This document shows, in pieces, positions 54,664-63,862 of a stretch of DNA of 64,000 nucleotides. The notes beneath the pieces are model-generated. The model saw only the letters and a program-made list of their open reading frames with translations. It was not told where the DNA came from and did not search any database. Source of the DNA: an uncultured Planctomycetota bacterium. GTDB lineage: Bacteria; Planctomycetota; Planctomycetia; Gemmatales; Gemmataceae. Location of the stretch: NCBI GenBank assembly GCA_963849325.1, contig CAWKHF010000008.1:64001-128000 (forward strand), given 5' to 3'. Position 1 is the stretch's first letter, and every line of letters begins with the position of its first letter. Both the position numbers and the translations under genes were made by a program.

Positions 54664-54908
54664 AGTCTGCGTCACAGGCGACTCCCGGATGTGGCCTCCT
54701 CGGATCACTGTTCACCAGTCCAGTTTACCTCGCCGGCAGGGCCGATACGAGGTCCGTAGGCCGCATCGCGCGGAGTCTTCCTGTATTTTCGGCTTCGGCG
54801 GCGCGGCTGAATCAGCCGGAGGCCGCTCTCGTCCACTTTGGTGGAAGGACGGTCCCTGAAAGACTCCCAACTTGGAAGTTGGGGACATTCCTATCGTGGA
54901 GAAGAACC

Positions 54909-55466
54909 ATGCCAACCGAGTGGGAAAAGATGCTGGCCGGGGAGTTGTATGACCCGCTCGACCCCGAGCTGGTGCGTGCCAGGGACCGGGCCCGAGACCT
55001 GTGCCAGGACTTGAACGCCACCCGTGAAAAAGACCAGGAAGCCCGCCGCCGCATTCTCACGGCCCTCTTTGGCCGGGGCGGTGCGTCGGTCTGGATGCAG
55101 CCTCCCTTCTTCTGCGACTACGGGTCGAACATCCTTCTCGGCGAGCGGGTGTTCTTCAACTTCAACTGCGTCGTCCTCGACGTATGCCAAGTGAAGATCG
55201 GGGATTACACCCTGTTCGGCCCGGCGGTCCAGATTTACACGGCCACTCATCCGATGAACGCCGAGCTGCGGCGAAGGCAGGAGTTCGCCAAGCCCATCGA
55301 GATCGGCTCCGACGTGTGGGTCGGCGGCGGAGCGATCGTCTGTCCCGGCGTGCGGATCGGCTCGAAGACGGTCATCGGCGCGGGAAGCGTGGTAACACGA
55401 GACATCCCGGACGGCGTGTTCGCCGCCGGCAACCCGTGTCGGGTCATCCGCGAGATCACGGAGTAG
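54909..55466 (+). CDS. maa: Maltose/sugar O-acetyltransferase
   Basis: EKMLAGELYD, PPFFCDYGSNI, hexapeptide repeats, AAGNPCRVIR. Confidence 0.9.
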   Translation: MPTEWEKMLAGELYDPLDPELVRARDRARDLCQDLNATREKDQEARRRILTALFGRGGASVWMQPPFFCDYGSNILLGERVFFNFNCVVLDVCQVKIGDYTLFGPAVQIYTATHPMNAELRRRQEFAKPIEIGSDVWVGGGAIVCPGVRIGSKTVIGAGSVVTRDIPDGVFAAGNPCRVIREITE

Positions 55467-55478
55467 AGGGCGGCCGAG

Positions 55479-56835
55479 CTAGGCGGCGCGCGGCCGGGGT
55501 TGCTCCGGTCCTTGCGACGTCCTCGACGACTCCGCAGAAACGACTGTCTGAGCATGGCGGATTCGCCGAGTGTAGGACCAGCAGCAGGCGCCGGCCATGA
55601 CGATCGCCGCCCAGAAGTCCTTGCCTTGATGCAGCCAAGAGATCCAGGACCAGGCCGTGACGTGGCCGGCACATTTCGGCGCGGCGCACACAACGACCAC
55701 CAGAAGCAGACTGCCGAGAGCGACCCTCCAGCCCGGCGCGGCGGTACACGGCGTCCGCCAGCAGGACAGCGGCCGGGGTCAGTGCCGTGAAATTACATCC
55801 CCAGGCGCGCGGGTGGGCCAGCGTCAGGAAGATCATCAGCAGCGACAGGTGCAGAGGATCGCGGAGCCTCGCCAGTTCCGGCGTCGGCCCGCCGCCGTCT
55901 CGCCGCCGGCTTCGGAACATCGCGGCGTAACCGATAGCGGCCAGGACGAGGACGAGGGCGGGGTAGGCGCGTTCGAGACCCCGCAGCCGATCCGGGGAAT
56001 AGCACGTTTGGCCGTTGCTGATGCCGGGCAGGCGGGCCAACTCCGCCAGCAAGGATTGATTTTCCGTGCGGCACGTTTGCGAGCGGATCTGGGTGTTTTG
56101 ACAGTGCCGGACCCAATCGAGGTGCAGACGAACGGCCCCCTCGCAACCGACCCACGGCCCCGGCACGGCCAGAAGGGCCAGACCACCCGTCAAGGCGCCG
56201 GCTAGACCTCGCCAATCACGGCGAACGACGAGGTAGGGCAGCAGCAGGCCGGGCGCGAGCTTCAGGGCCGTGGCGGCGGCGAGCAGTACGCCGCCGAGGA
56301 ACGGTCGGTCCCGGCGCTGGCACACCATCCAGCCCAGGCACAACATCGTCATCAAGCGCCCCGCCTGGCCGGCGCGCACGTTGGACCAGAAGTAACTGCC
56401 CAGCGGCAAGACGATCAACCACACCAGCCCCCAACTCTTCCCCAGTCGGCTTTCTTCCTCGGAAACCAACCGCAGGGCCAGAAAAACACAGGCCGCCACG
56501 AAGATCCAGTTCAACACCGTCCAAAGGCGGCACGCCCACAGATAATCCAGGTAGCTCAAGGGCAGAAAGAAGTAGGCGTAGGCGGGGGCATAAACGAACG
56601 CCCCGGTGGGGCCGTGCTTGTCGATCGTGTAGATGGACCCTCCCCGTGCCGCGGCGCCGGCGGCGCGGTAGTAGGCTCCGAAGTCCAGATCCTGAAAGTC
56701 TTCCGTTTTGCCCACCGTCCGCAGCAGCGAAAACAGGACGGCCAAGCCCAGAAGCAGTACGGTTGCGCGGCCCAGATAGGGCGTTACCTTTTGTGACGGA
56801 AGGGTGGCCCCCGAGGGAGTCAAACCGGGCGGCAT
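55479..56835 (-). CDS. Glycosyltransferase family 87 (GT-C) membrane protein (frameshift ~55735)
   Basis: DFGAYY.A, FVYAP, AGQ, ALKLAPG, ENQSL; multiple TM helices. Confidence 0.8.
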
Positions 56836-57102
56836 CACGGTGGCTTCCCCTCCGTGTGCCTGGGGAGGACACGGCGGTGACACCTTTCCTTGGTGAAAAA
56901 ATCCCTGACGCCGCCTTCCCGCGGACGTCAACACACTATCACTCTGCTGGATCGGCCCTCCCCTACTTGCTCGGCGAGCAATCCGATGGAAAAACGGCGG
57001 AGGGGAGAACTTTTCCGAGGAGTGGCAGCGCCGGAAGCGAATGTGTCAATCGTTCGGACGATGGGAGGCGGCGGAGGAAACGGAGCGAAAAGGCCAGGCG
57101 GA

Positions 57103-57702
57103 TCATTCATCCCGTTCGGACAGGTTCAGGTCATCGAGGAGGCTCTGCCGCACTTCATCGCCGAGGAGGGCGCTGTCGTGCTGGGTCTGGGCCCGGCGGA
57201 CGCCGAAATGGGCAGGCAAGTCGAAGTCGGCCAGCAGTCCGCGGCCGCGCTCATCGAGGACGAACTGGACCCAGTGGGCGGTGCCGATGCAGCGGTCCTC
57301 GGGCCGGCAGGTGATCAGGTTGGCCGGATAGCGCGCCTCGCCGATGTGCAGGCACAGTTCGTCACCGCGTAGATCCTGCCAGGCTTGCAGCTCTTCGCGC
57401 AGGCGTTTGTCGTCGGCCCGCAGCAGCAGGGCGGCTTGCAGACGGTTGCGCCGCGGCAGCAGACGATTGTACAGGTCCAGCTCCTGCTGCACGCGGGCCG
57501 GCTCGCTCAGCCGCGCCACGCGCAGCACCTCCTGCAAGCGGAACCACAGCGTTTGCCGATTCTCGAACAGCAGCGTCAAATGGGAGCCGATGCGAACGCG
57601 GCGATAGCGGTCGAGGTAGCGGCCGTTCGCCTCGAAGAACTCGCGGCGGCGCGGAGCGTATTCTTCCAGCGGCAGCAGGTCGTCCAGGGTCAGCGCCTTC
57701 AT
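57103..57702 (-). CDS. DUF3501 family protein
   Basis: LTLDDLLPLEEY..RR.EF...RRVRIGSHLTLLFENRQTLWFRLQEVLRV...QELDLYNRLLP; AHWVQF. Confidence 0.82.
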   Translation of the reverse strand: MKALTLDDLLPLEEYAPRRREFFEANGRYLDRYRRVRIGSHLTLLFENRQTLWFRLQEVLRVARLSEPARVQQELDLYNRLLPRRNRLQAALLLRADDKRLREELQAWQDLRGDELCLHIGEARYPANLITCRPEDRCIGTAHWVQFVLDERGRGLLADFDLPAHFGVRRAQTQHDSALLGDEVRQSLLDDLNLSERDE

Positions 57703-58451
57703 CGCAGGGACTCCGTTCCCTTTTCCGGCGGCAGGATCAGGTTCACGTACAGCACGGCGGCCAGCAGGGCACCAAGGAGGGGTCCGCCCACGTAGATGAC
57801 CGCGTCCGCCAACCAGGCCAGCCGCGGCACCCCCGGTACGGTGGCTTCCCACACGGCCGGGCCGAACCAACGGGCCGGGTTGGCGGCGCCGCCGGTGAAG
57901 CGGAAGCCGAACAGCACGGCGGCGGTCTGGGCCAGGCCGACGATCAGGCCGCCCAGCCGCGGCGCGCGTCGATCGAACAGCGTGGCGAAGGCGGCCAGCG
58001 TCACCAGACACGTCAAAAACAGCTCGAACGCCGTGCCGCTGACCAGGTGACGCGCTTCGAGGACGCCGCTCTCCGGGGCGAACGCCTTCAGGTATGGCGC
58101 TCCCAGGTGCGTCTTGGCGAGCACATCCTCGTGGAACGTCAGGCGGAGTACGAGGCCGGCCAGGGTGGCGCCGAGCAGCTGCATGAGGACCAGCCAGCCG
58201 GCCCGGGCATTGTCCAGGCGCTTGAACACCCACAGCATGATCGTGATGGCCGGATTGAGACAGCCAGGCGAGACAGGGAAAGTGACGGTGAGTGCGACGG
58301 CGAGGGTGAAGCCCTCGGCCAGCGCCAGCCCCGTCACCGACAGCGCCGGCACGCCGGTCAGGTCCGCCGCGCACACGGTGCCGGCGCCGACCAGGACCAG
58401 AATGAAAGTGCCGACCAGCTCGGCGAGGTACGTCCGCAATGGATTGTCCAT
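57699..58451 (-). CDS. Aquaporin (MIP family)
   Basis: AELVGTFILV, CLNPA, QLLGA, FE...T, TGGAANPARWFGPA. Confidence 0.9.
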   Translation of the reverse strand: MDNPLRTYLAELVGTFILVLVGAGTVCAADLTGVPALSVTGLALAEGFTLAVALTVTFPVSPGCLNPAITIMLWVFKRLDNARAGWLVLMQLLGATLAGLVLRLTFHEDVLAKTHLGAPYLKAFAPESGVLEARHLVSGTAFELFLTCLVTLAAFATLFDRRAPRLGGLIVGLAQTAAVLFGFRFTGGAANPARWFGPAVWEATVPGVPRLAWLADAVIYVGGPLLGALLAAVLYVNLILPPEKGTESLR

Positions 58452-58678
58452 GTGTCCATCCGCCTATTGGGACGCCGTATTCAAACGCGAACGGCGGAAC
58501 GTGTCAAGCCGCAAGCGGTCGTTTGCGTCGCTGTGAACTTTGTCGGCGCGCCCGTGCTCGAAAGAAACGTTCGACGAAGCGGTGAGGTCTCGCATTCGCG
58601 CTCGTCTTACTTACGCAGACGCTAGTCGTAACTGGCAGTCGGTCGGCTAGGTCCGACCCTGCAAAGGAGTAAAGTGTC

Positions 58679-59137
58679 ATGTCGCAGATGAATCGGCGAG
58701 AAGCTCTCGTGGCCACGCTGGCTGGTGCGGCGGCTCTTACGGCCTCGACTGCGGCACGCGCCGAGAAGACCGATGGCGTTGGGCCGGCCAAGTTAATCGA
58801 AGTGATGGAGAGCTACCGGAAGAAGATGCCCCCGGCACAAGGACTGGGTGAGGAGAACGGCCTTTCCTTCAAAGGCATCGAGCCATTCACCGAGAGTCAT
58901 CTTGCCGGGGTGGCGAGGCGTCTGGGGATCAAATCGGAGGCCGAATGCATGGTGCTGCTGACCTATCTCAAGGACGCAGACCTCAAGATTCGCTTCGTTG
59001 CCATCCAGGCGATCGAGAGCGTTGTCAAAGCTTATCCGAGTGGGATGTCCATCGAAAACGTCACGGACACGGCCTCCAAAGGGCACCGCAAGATGGTGCG
59101 GCGGTTCGTGGAGCGGATCCAAAAGCTCCACGTCTAA
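58679..59137 (+). CDS. Tat-exported hypothetical protein
   Basis: MNRREAL twin-Arg signal and ARA cleavage site; RBS aaggag; HEAT-like LKDAD.KIRFVAIQAI. Confidence 0.7.
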   Translation: MSQMNRREALVATLAGAAALTASTAARAEKTDGVGPAKLIEVMESYRKKMPPAQGLGEENGLSFKGIEPFTESHLAGVARRLGIKSEAECMVLLTYLKDADLKIRFVAIQAIESVVKAYPSGMSIENVTDTASKGHRKMVRRFVERIQKLHV

Positions 59138-59201
59138 CAAGTCGCCGTGGCAGACTGCGGCCTATGCCGCGAGTGGCGAAGAGCGCCGAGCCGCAAGTAA
59201 C

Positions 59202-59395
59202 TCAGGGTTCGGTCAGTGTCCAGCGCACCTCCGCCCCCTCGCCCGCTGCGAGCGGGACGCGCAGCCGCGCCGTCCGCGGCGCCGAATCGTTCGCGTGCCA
59301 GTATTCGTGCCACAACATCCGTTCGTATTCGCCCGCCGGCAGACGGAATTGTCCGTCGGTCTCGCTGAGCGCGGCCGGCGCCTGTCCAGCACCCA
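59202..59395 (-). pseudogene. Diverged duplicate of the 3' end of the 61024..61825 gene
   Basis: PAALSETDGQFRLPAGEYERMLWHEYWH...GEGAEVRWTLTEP versus PAALSATDGQFRLLTAAPLGEYELLLWHEDWH...GEGAEVRWTLSEH. Confidence 0.85.
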
Positions 59396-59733
59396 GAGCC
59401 AAGAAAAGAGGCAAGAAAAGTTCCCAAAGAACGAAATTCTTCACTATTGTATGAGGACACCGAAGTGCCGCAAGACCAACTTTCCGGCTTCCGTCGCAGC
59501 GGTACGAACCTCCTGCTAATGCCGCCGTTTCGCCATCGACTTCCGAGAAGGATGTCCCGAGAAATCAAAGGGGTCGAGATGGGGGATGGTAGTCGGTTAT
59601 GCTGGCCGACTGCGACATTTCAATAACGGGCATGGACCCTCGGGAGGCTGGGCGCTGGAGGATTGAAGCGATAGCATGGTGTTGGCGCGGTCTGCGACAA
59701 CCGAGCAGAGGTCCGAGGGCAAGGACTGACGCT

Positions 59734-60156
59734 ATGACCAGGGCGGAATGGCAGCGGATTGCCGAGGAACGAGTCAAGGACGCCCTCGCCCTGATAACGG
59801 CCTCCCAGTGGTCTGGCGCCTTTTACCTTGCCGGCTACGCGGTCGAGTGTGGTCTCAAGTCTTGCGTGCTTCGCCGCCTTTCCGCGGCGCCCGAGTTGAT
59901 CTTTCTGGACAAGCGATTCTCCAAAAAGTGCTGGACGCACGACTTGGAAGACCTGGTGAAACTTGCTGACCTCCATTTGGATCGGGACGCCGCGGTCGCC
60001 GCAAACGTCGCTTTGGGTATGAACTGGCAGACCGTCAAGGTGTGGAACGAGCAGGATCGCTACCGCATGAAGACCGAGCTGGAAGCGCGGGAACTGGTCA
60101 TCGCCGTCACAGACAACACAAATGGGGTGCTGCCATGGATCAAGGGCCACTGGTGA
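59734..60156 (+). CDS. HEPN-domain protein
   Basis: AEERVKDA..L...W.GAFYLAGYAVECGLK, THDLEDL, WNEQDRY. Confidence 0.82.
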   Translation: MTRAEWQRIAEERVKDALALITASQWSGAFYLAGYAVECGLKSCVLRRLSAAPELIFLDKRFSKKCWTHDLEDLVKLADLHLDRDAAVAANVALGMNWQTVKVWNEQDRYRMKTELEARELVIAVTDNTNGVLPWIKGHW

Positions 60157-60791
60157 TCGAGCAGATTGACGCAGGCTCGGAATTCATCGACCGGCTTGAT
60201 GAGTATGTCCGTGTCCGTGCTGCTTTCTGGATGAAGACCAGTGACTCCGGACGATGGTATCTCTACGTCGCGTCCGACCAAATCAACGACAGCACCAAAA
60301 AGGCGGCCTACGCGGAGGTCTCGCGGGTGGCAAGAGAAATGGACAATCCGAACCTGGACCAGTTCCAGGTAATGCTTATCGGGTCAGACGACCCGCTTGC
60401 GCGGGCGGCCCTCAACGTTCATCAGCGCTTCGCGGCGAGAGTGCCTACCCGCGTCAGGGACAATCCGTTTGGCGGCGTGAGCGTCGAAGAGGTATACATC
60501 TATCCGCCGCCTCATGGGGCCGAGGCGGAGAAATGGCGCGGCGTCGAGGTCAAGTGGTGGCCGGAACCGGACGGGGCCTACCACGTCGAGTTCTGGCCGC
60601 GCGAAGCGGCGCAAATGGTCCGGCCAGGGGGCGAGCCGAAGAGGATACCGCGGCCTGCGGCGGTACGGGTGGAAGACGGGAAGGTCATTGAGTATAGACC
60701 ACCCGAAAAGGATCTGCCTCATTTGACGAAAGACGATTACGAGAAGAAGGCCTTGGAGGCGGTAGAACAAATGGCCGGCAACGGGAGTTGA
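60135..60791 (+). CDS. Hypothetical HEPN partner with C-terminal extension
   Basis: Overlaps the HEPN stop; MDQGPLVIEQIDAG..AAFW...WYLYVAS...EEVYIYP plus ~65 extra aa. Confidence 0.75.
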   Translation: MDQGPLVIEQIDAGSEFIDRLDEYVRVRAAFWMKTSDSGRWYLYVASDQINDSTKKAAYAEVSRVAREMDNPNLDQFQVMLIGSDDPLARAALNVHQRFAARVPTRVRDNPFGGVSVEEVYIYPPPHGAEAEKWRGVEVKWWPEPDGAYHVEFWPREAAQMVRPGGEPKRIPRPAAVRVEDGKVIEYRPPEKDLPHLTKDDYEKKALEAVEQMAGNGS

Positions 60792-61023
60792 CCGAAATGT
60801 GGAAAGGGAAAGTGGATAAGGCGTTGCGAATCTTTTTAGATCGCAGAAGTTCTCTATCGTTTTTCATTAGCCTTGTTGCCCCTACCTTTTCACTCTCCCT
60901 GGGCCGGCGCAACTCCAGGGCATCGACCTTGCCATGTTCTGGAATTCGTTCGGAATCCAGTTCTGCTGGACGGAATCATCGGGGCTGCGTCCCTCTCGTG
61001 CTCCCAACTATGCCGCAAGCGGT

Positions 61024-61825
61024 TCAATGCTCGGACAGCGTCCAGCGTACCTCTGCCCCCTCGCCCGCTCCGAGTTGGATGTGCAGGAGTACAGCCCGCG
61101 GCGCCGAACCGTTGACGTGCCAATCCTCGTGCCACAACAGCAGTTCATATTCGCCCAGCGGCGCCGCCGTCAACAGGCGGAATTGTCCATCCGTCGCGCT
61201 CAGCGCGGCCGGCACGCCGTCCAGCACCCACAAATAAGCCGGCACCCTGTCCGGCCGCAGCTGCGAACGCACCTCGATCAGCCCGGCAGACGAGAGCGGA
61301 AACGTCCGCCGATCGCCGCGCGGGATCGTCGCGCTGAAGGTGGCGGCGCCGGATGCCTGGAAGTCCGCACGTTCCTCAACGCTGCGTAGTTCGAGGCTGC
61401 CGCCCTTGGGGGCCAGTACGATGTGCGGCCGATATTCGCCGCGTTCGGCCACCAGCCGCGCCGGCTCCATCGACCGTGGCGCGGCCGGCTTGCCGCCGTA
61501 CAACAACTGAATCACGGTCCAGGCCACGCCATGCGTCGCCGCATCGATGCGCAGGCGTGGCGTCGAAGGGATCGGCTCTTTTCCCTCCCAGCGAACGACG
61601 CCGCGAAGGATGCCGGCCTCCTTGTTTATGATGATTTCAGGGTTGGTTCGCCGCGCCGCCGCCACGGGCGCCTCGATTTTCTTGCCGGGAACCGAGATAG
61701 GCGCGGCGATCGGCCGAACGGGAGACGGTTTCTCCTTCGTGGTGTCGTGCGGGACCGTCGTCACCGGCGCGCGAGCAGCCGATCAGAAGGGACAGCAACA
61801 CCGCCAGACCATGCCGGTGCTTCAT
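61024..61825 (-). CDS. Lipoprotein with carboxypeptidase-regulatory-like/cupredoxin-like fold (frameshift ~61765)
   Basis: Lipobox LIGC; G.LRGVVRWEG; GVAWTVI; YRPHIV; TDGQFRL..P.GEYELLLWHE. Confidence 0.7.
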
Positions 61826-61863
61826 GGTGCGGACCTCGTGGAATGAGGACGGGACGGGAACCA

Positions 61864-63360
61864 TCACTTCGCGCGCGGCGGCGTCTTGACGATCGGATCG
61901 ACGTCGCCGCCGTTGAGCGCGGTCAGGAACAGGACCAGGGCGTCGATCTCGGCGCTGCTCAGATCGAGCAGGCGCGTTCGGCCGTCCTTGCCGAGCATCT
62001 CCGGGTCGAGGTAGTTGTTGCGCTCTGCGCCGATGTTGTAGAACTCGACCACCTCGCGCAGACGGCCCTTGTCGCCGTCGTGGAAATACGGCGCGGTGCG
62101 GAGCAGGTTGCGTAGCGTCGGCGTCTTGTAGGCGTCGATGAGATGGCGGTCCTTCTGGCCGATGGGCACCTGAGCGAAGCGGCCGCCCTCCTGGCCCGGC
62201 TTCGACGCGAGGCCGACGCCGAGGTTGTGGAAGTCATTGTCGGTGAAGGTCCGGCCGCTGTGGCAGCGATAGCAGTGCATGAGCGACCGCCCCTCGTCGC
62301 GGCCGTAAAACAGCAGATAACCACGGATCAGATCGGCGGCCACATCGGCCTTCTTCGCCTTCTCCCGACCCAACTCCTTCAGGGCGGCGTCATCGAGGAC
62401 CGCCTCGTAATGCTCCGCCTTCAACGTCGGACTATGTTTCTGGGTCTGCACGCGCAGGGCGCGGTCGTGGACGGAGTCGCCCGACAGGAGAGTGCGCAGA
62501 TAGGTGGCCAGCGCCCGGCCAACGGTGTCCTGGGTGATGTTGGTCCTCTGCTTGCCGTCCTTCTCGCCCGGCGGCGTGCCGAAGACCTCGTTGAAAGCCG
62601 GGTGGTAGTTCGGTTTGTTCCGCAGGCGATGGATGACGCCGGCCCAGGTATGGCGGAACGGCCCCGGTTTGTCCGGTTCGCGCTCGTCTTCGAGGGTGCG
62701 CTGGACCACTTCTTCGAGACGGCCGGACCGGCCGTCCCAGAACTGCCGGCGGTTAAAGACACCGTTGACCAACGTGGGCGTGTTGAAGCTGTCACGGTGG
62801 GTGCGTTCGCCGTCAGCGAAGCCATGCTCCGGCTGGTGACAGGTAGCGCAGGACGTGCCCGGCTTCGCTTCCAGCCAGGAGTCGTCGAAGAACAACCGCT
62901 GGCCCAGCTGCCATTTGCCGAGCGTCAGCGGATTGCCGGCCGGGACGTACTCACTGGGATCGGGCAGACCGAGCGGCACCTTGATGCGGACGATGGCGGC
63001 GCTACTGCCGGCGACGGCGCCGGCGGCCAGCGGCGGCAGACCGACGACCGCCGCCGCCTGGCCCGGCCTGGTCAACGGCGGCGCGTTCCAGAACGCCGGC
63101 AGCTTGGCCCACTCCTCCGGCGCCTTCTCGGCATGGACGAAATCAATGAGTACGTCAGGCTTGGGTGGCGTGAAGACGTCGATCCACTGGATGTCGGGGT
63201 CGAGCGGTTCGCGGCTCGCCTGGTGGGGTGTTTCGGGAGCCGGTTGCGTCTTCGCCGGCGCCTCGGCTCCCGGTCGAGGTCCGTAGCGCTCGGCCCGCTG
63301 ACATCCGCTCAGGAGAAATACCAGGGCGAGGCAGCACGGCAAACCGCGGAGGAGACGCAT
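61864..63360 (-). CDS. Di-heme cytochrome c peroxidase family lipoprotein (MauG/BthA-type)
   Basis: Lipobox LSGC; LG.RLFFD; CATCH; QFWDGR; CYRCH; YKTPTLRN...APYFHDG...VVEFYN. Confidence 0.9.
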   Translation of the reverse strand: MRLLRGLPCCLALVFLLSGCQRAERYGPRPGAEAPAKTQPAPETPHQASREPLDPDIQWIDVFTPPKPDVLIDFVHAEKAPEEWAKLPAFWNAPPLTRPGQAAAVVGLPPLAAGAVAGSSAAIVRIKVPLGLPDPSEYVPAGNPLTLGKWQLGQRLFFDDSWLEAKPGTSCATCHQPEHGFADGERTHRDSFNTPTLVNGVFNRRQFWDGRSGRLEEVVQRTLEDEREPDKPGPFRHTWAGVIHRLRNKPNYHPAFNEVFGTPPGEKDGKQRTNITQDTVGRALATYLRTLLSGDSVHDRALRVQTQKHSPTLKAEHYEAVLDDAALKELGREKAKKADVAADLIRGYLLFYGRDEGRSLMHCYRCHSGRTFTDNDFHNLGVGLASKPGQEGGRFAQVPIGQKDRHLIDAYKTPTLRNLLRTAPYFHDGDKGRLREVVEFYNIGAERNNYLDPEMLGKDGRTRLLDLSSAEIDALVLFLTALNGGDVDPIVKTPPRAK

Positions 63361-63382
63361 GGCTATCCCTCCCTCGCCATCC

Positions 63383-63763
63383 TCATTTCTTGGCGCTGGC
63401 GGCGCGTTGCTCGACGGCGAGGTCGGCGAGCATCTTGGCGACGGCGTTGAGACGCTCCTGATTCTTGGCGATGTATTCCTCGGGCCCGCCCTTGTTGGCG
63501 ACGTGCTCGGCGATGGTCGGCGAGTCCACCATGTCGATGGCGTCCCACGGACACCAGCGCTCGCACAACGCGCAGCCGATGCAGCGTTCCAGGTCGATGT
63601 CCACGAACGACTGCAAGGACGGCAGGTCTTCGCCGGGCACCTTGTAGATGCAGTCCACCGGACAGACCTCGATGCAGGCCTCGCAGCCGGTGCAGTTGTC
63701 CGCCCGCACGACCGCCAGTTCCTTGGGGAGTTTCTTGCGTGCCTTGCCCGCGCCTTTCGCCAT
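63383..63763 (-). CDS. 2[4Fe-4S] ferredoxin
   Basis: CTGCEACIEVCP and CIGCALCERWCP. Confidence 0.92.
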   Translation of the reverse strand: MAKGAGKARKKLPKELAVVRADNCTGCEACIEVCPVDCIYKVPGEDLPSLQSFVDIDLERCIGCALCERWCPWDAIDMVDSPTIAEHVANKGGPEEYIAKNQERLNAVAKMLADLAVEQRAASAKK

Positions 63764-63862
63764 GATGACCCTCGTTCGAGCGATGTCGTGAATGATCCCG
63801 CGTGGATGCACTCTATCTTAGCAGCCCGCCGTCTCGATGTCAGCAAACGCTGGGCGGAGATT

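Noticed and set aside
57103-58374. 423-aa aquaporin-DUF3501 fusion
   Set aside because: The two genes are in different frames with a clean ATGA overlap.
59162-61230. Diversity-generating retroelement template/variable repeat pair
   Set aside because: The differences are not adenine-specific, include an indel, and no reverse transcriptase is present.
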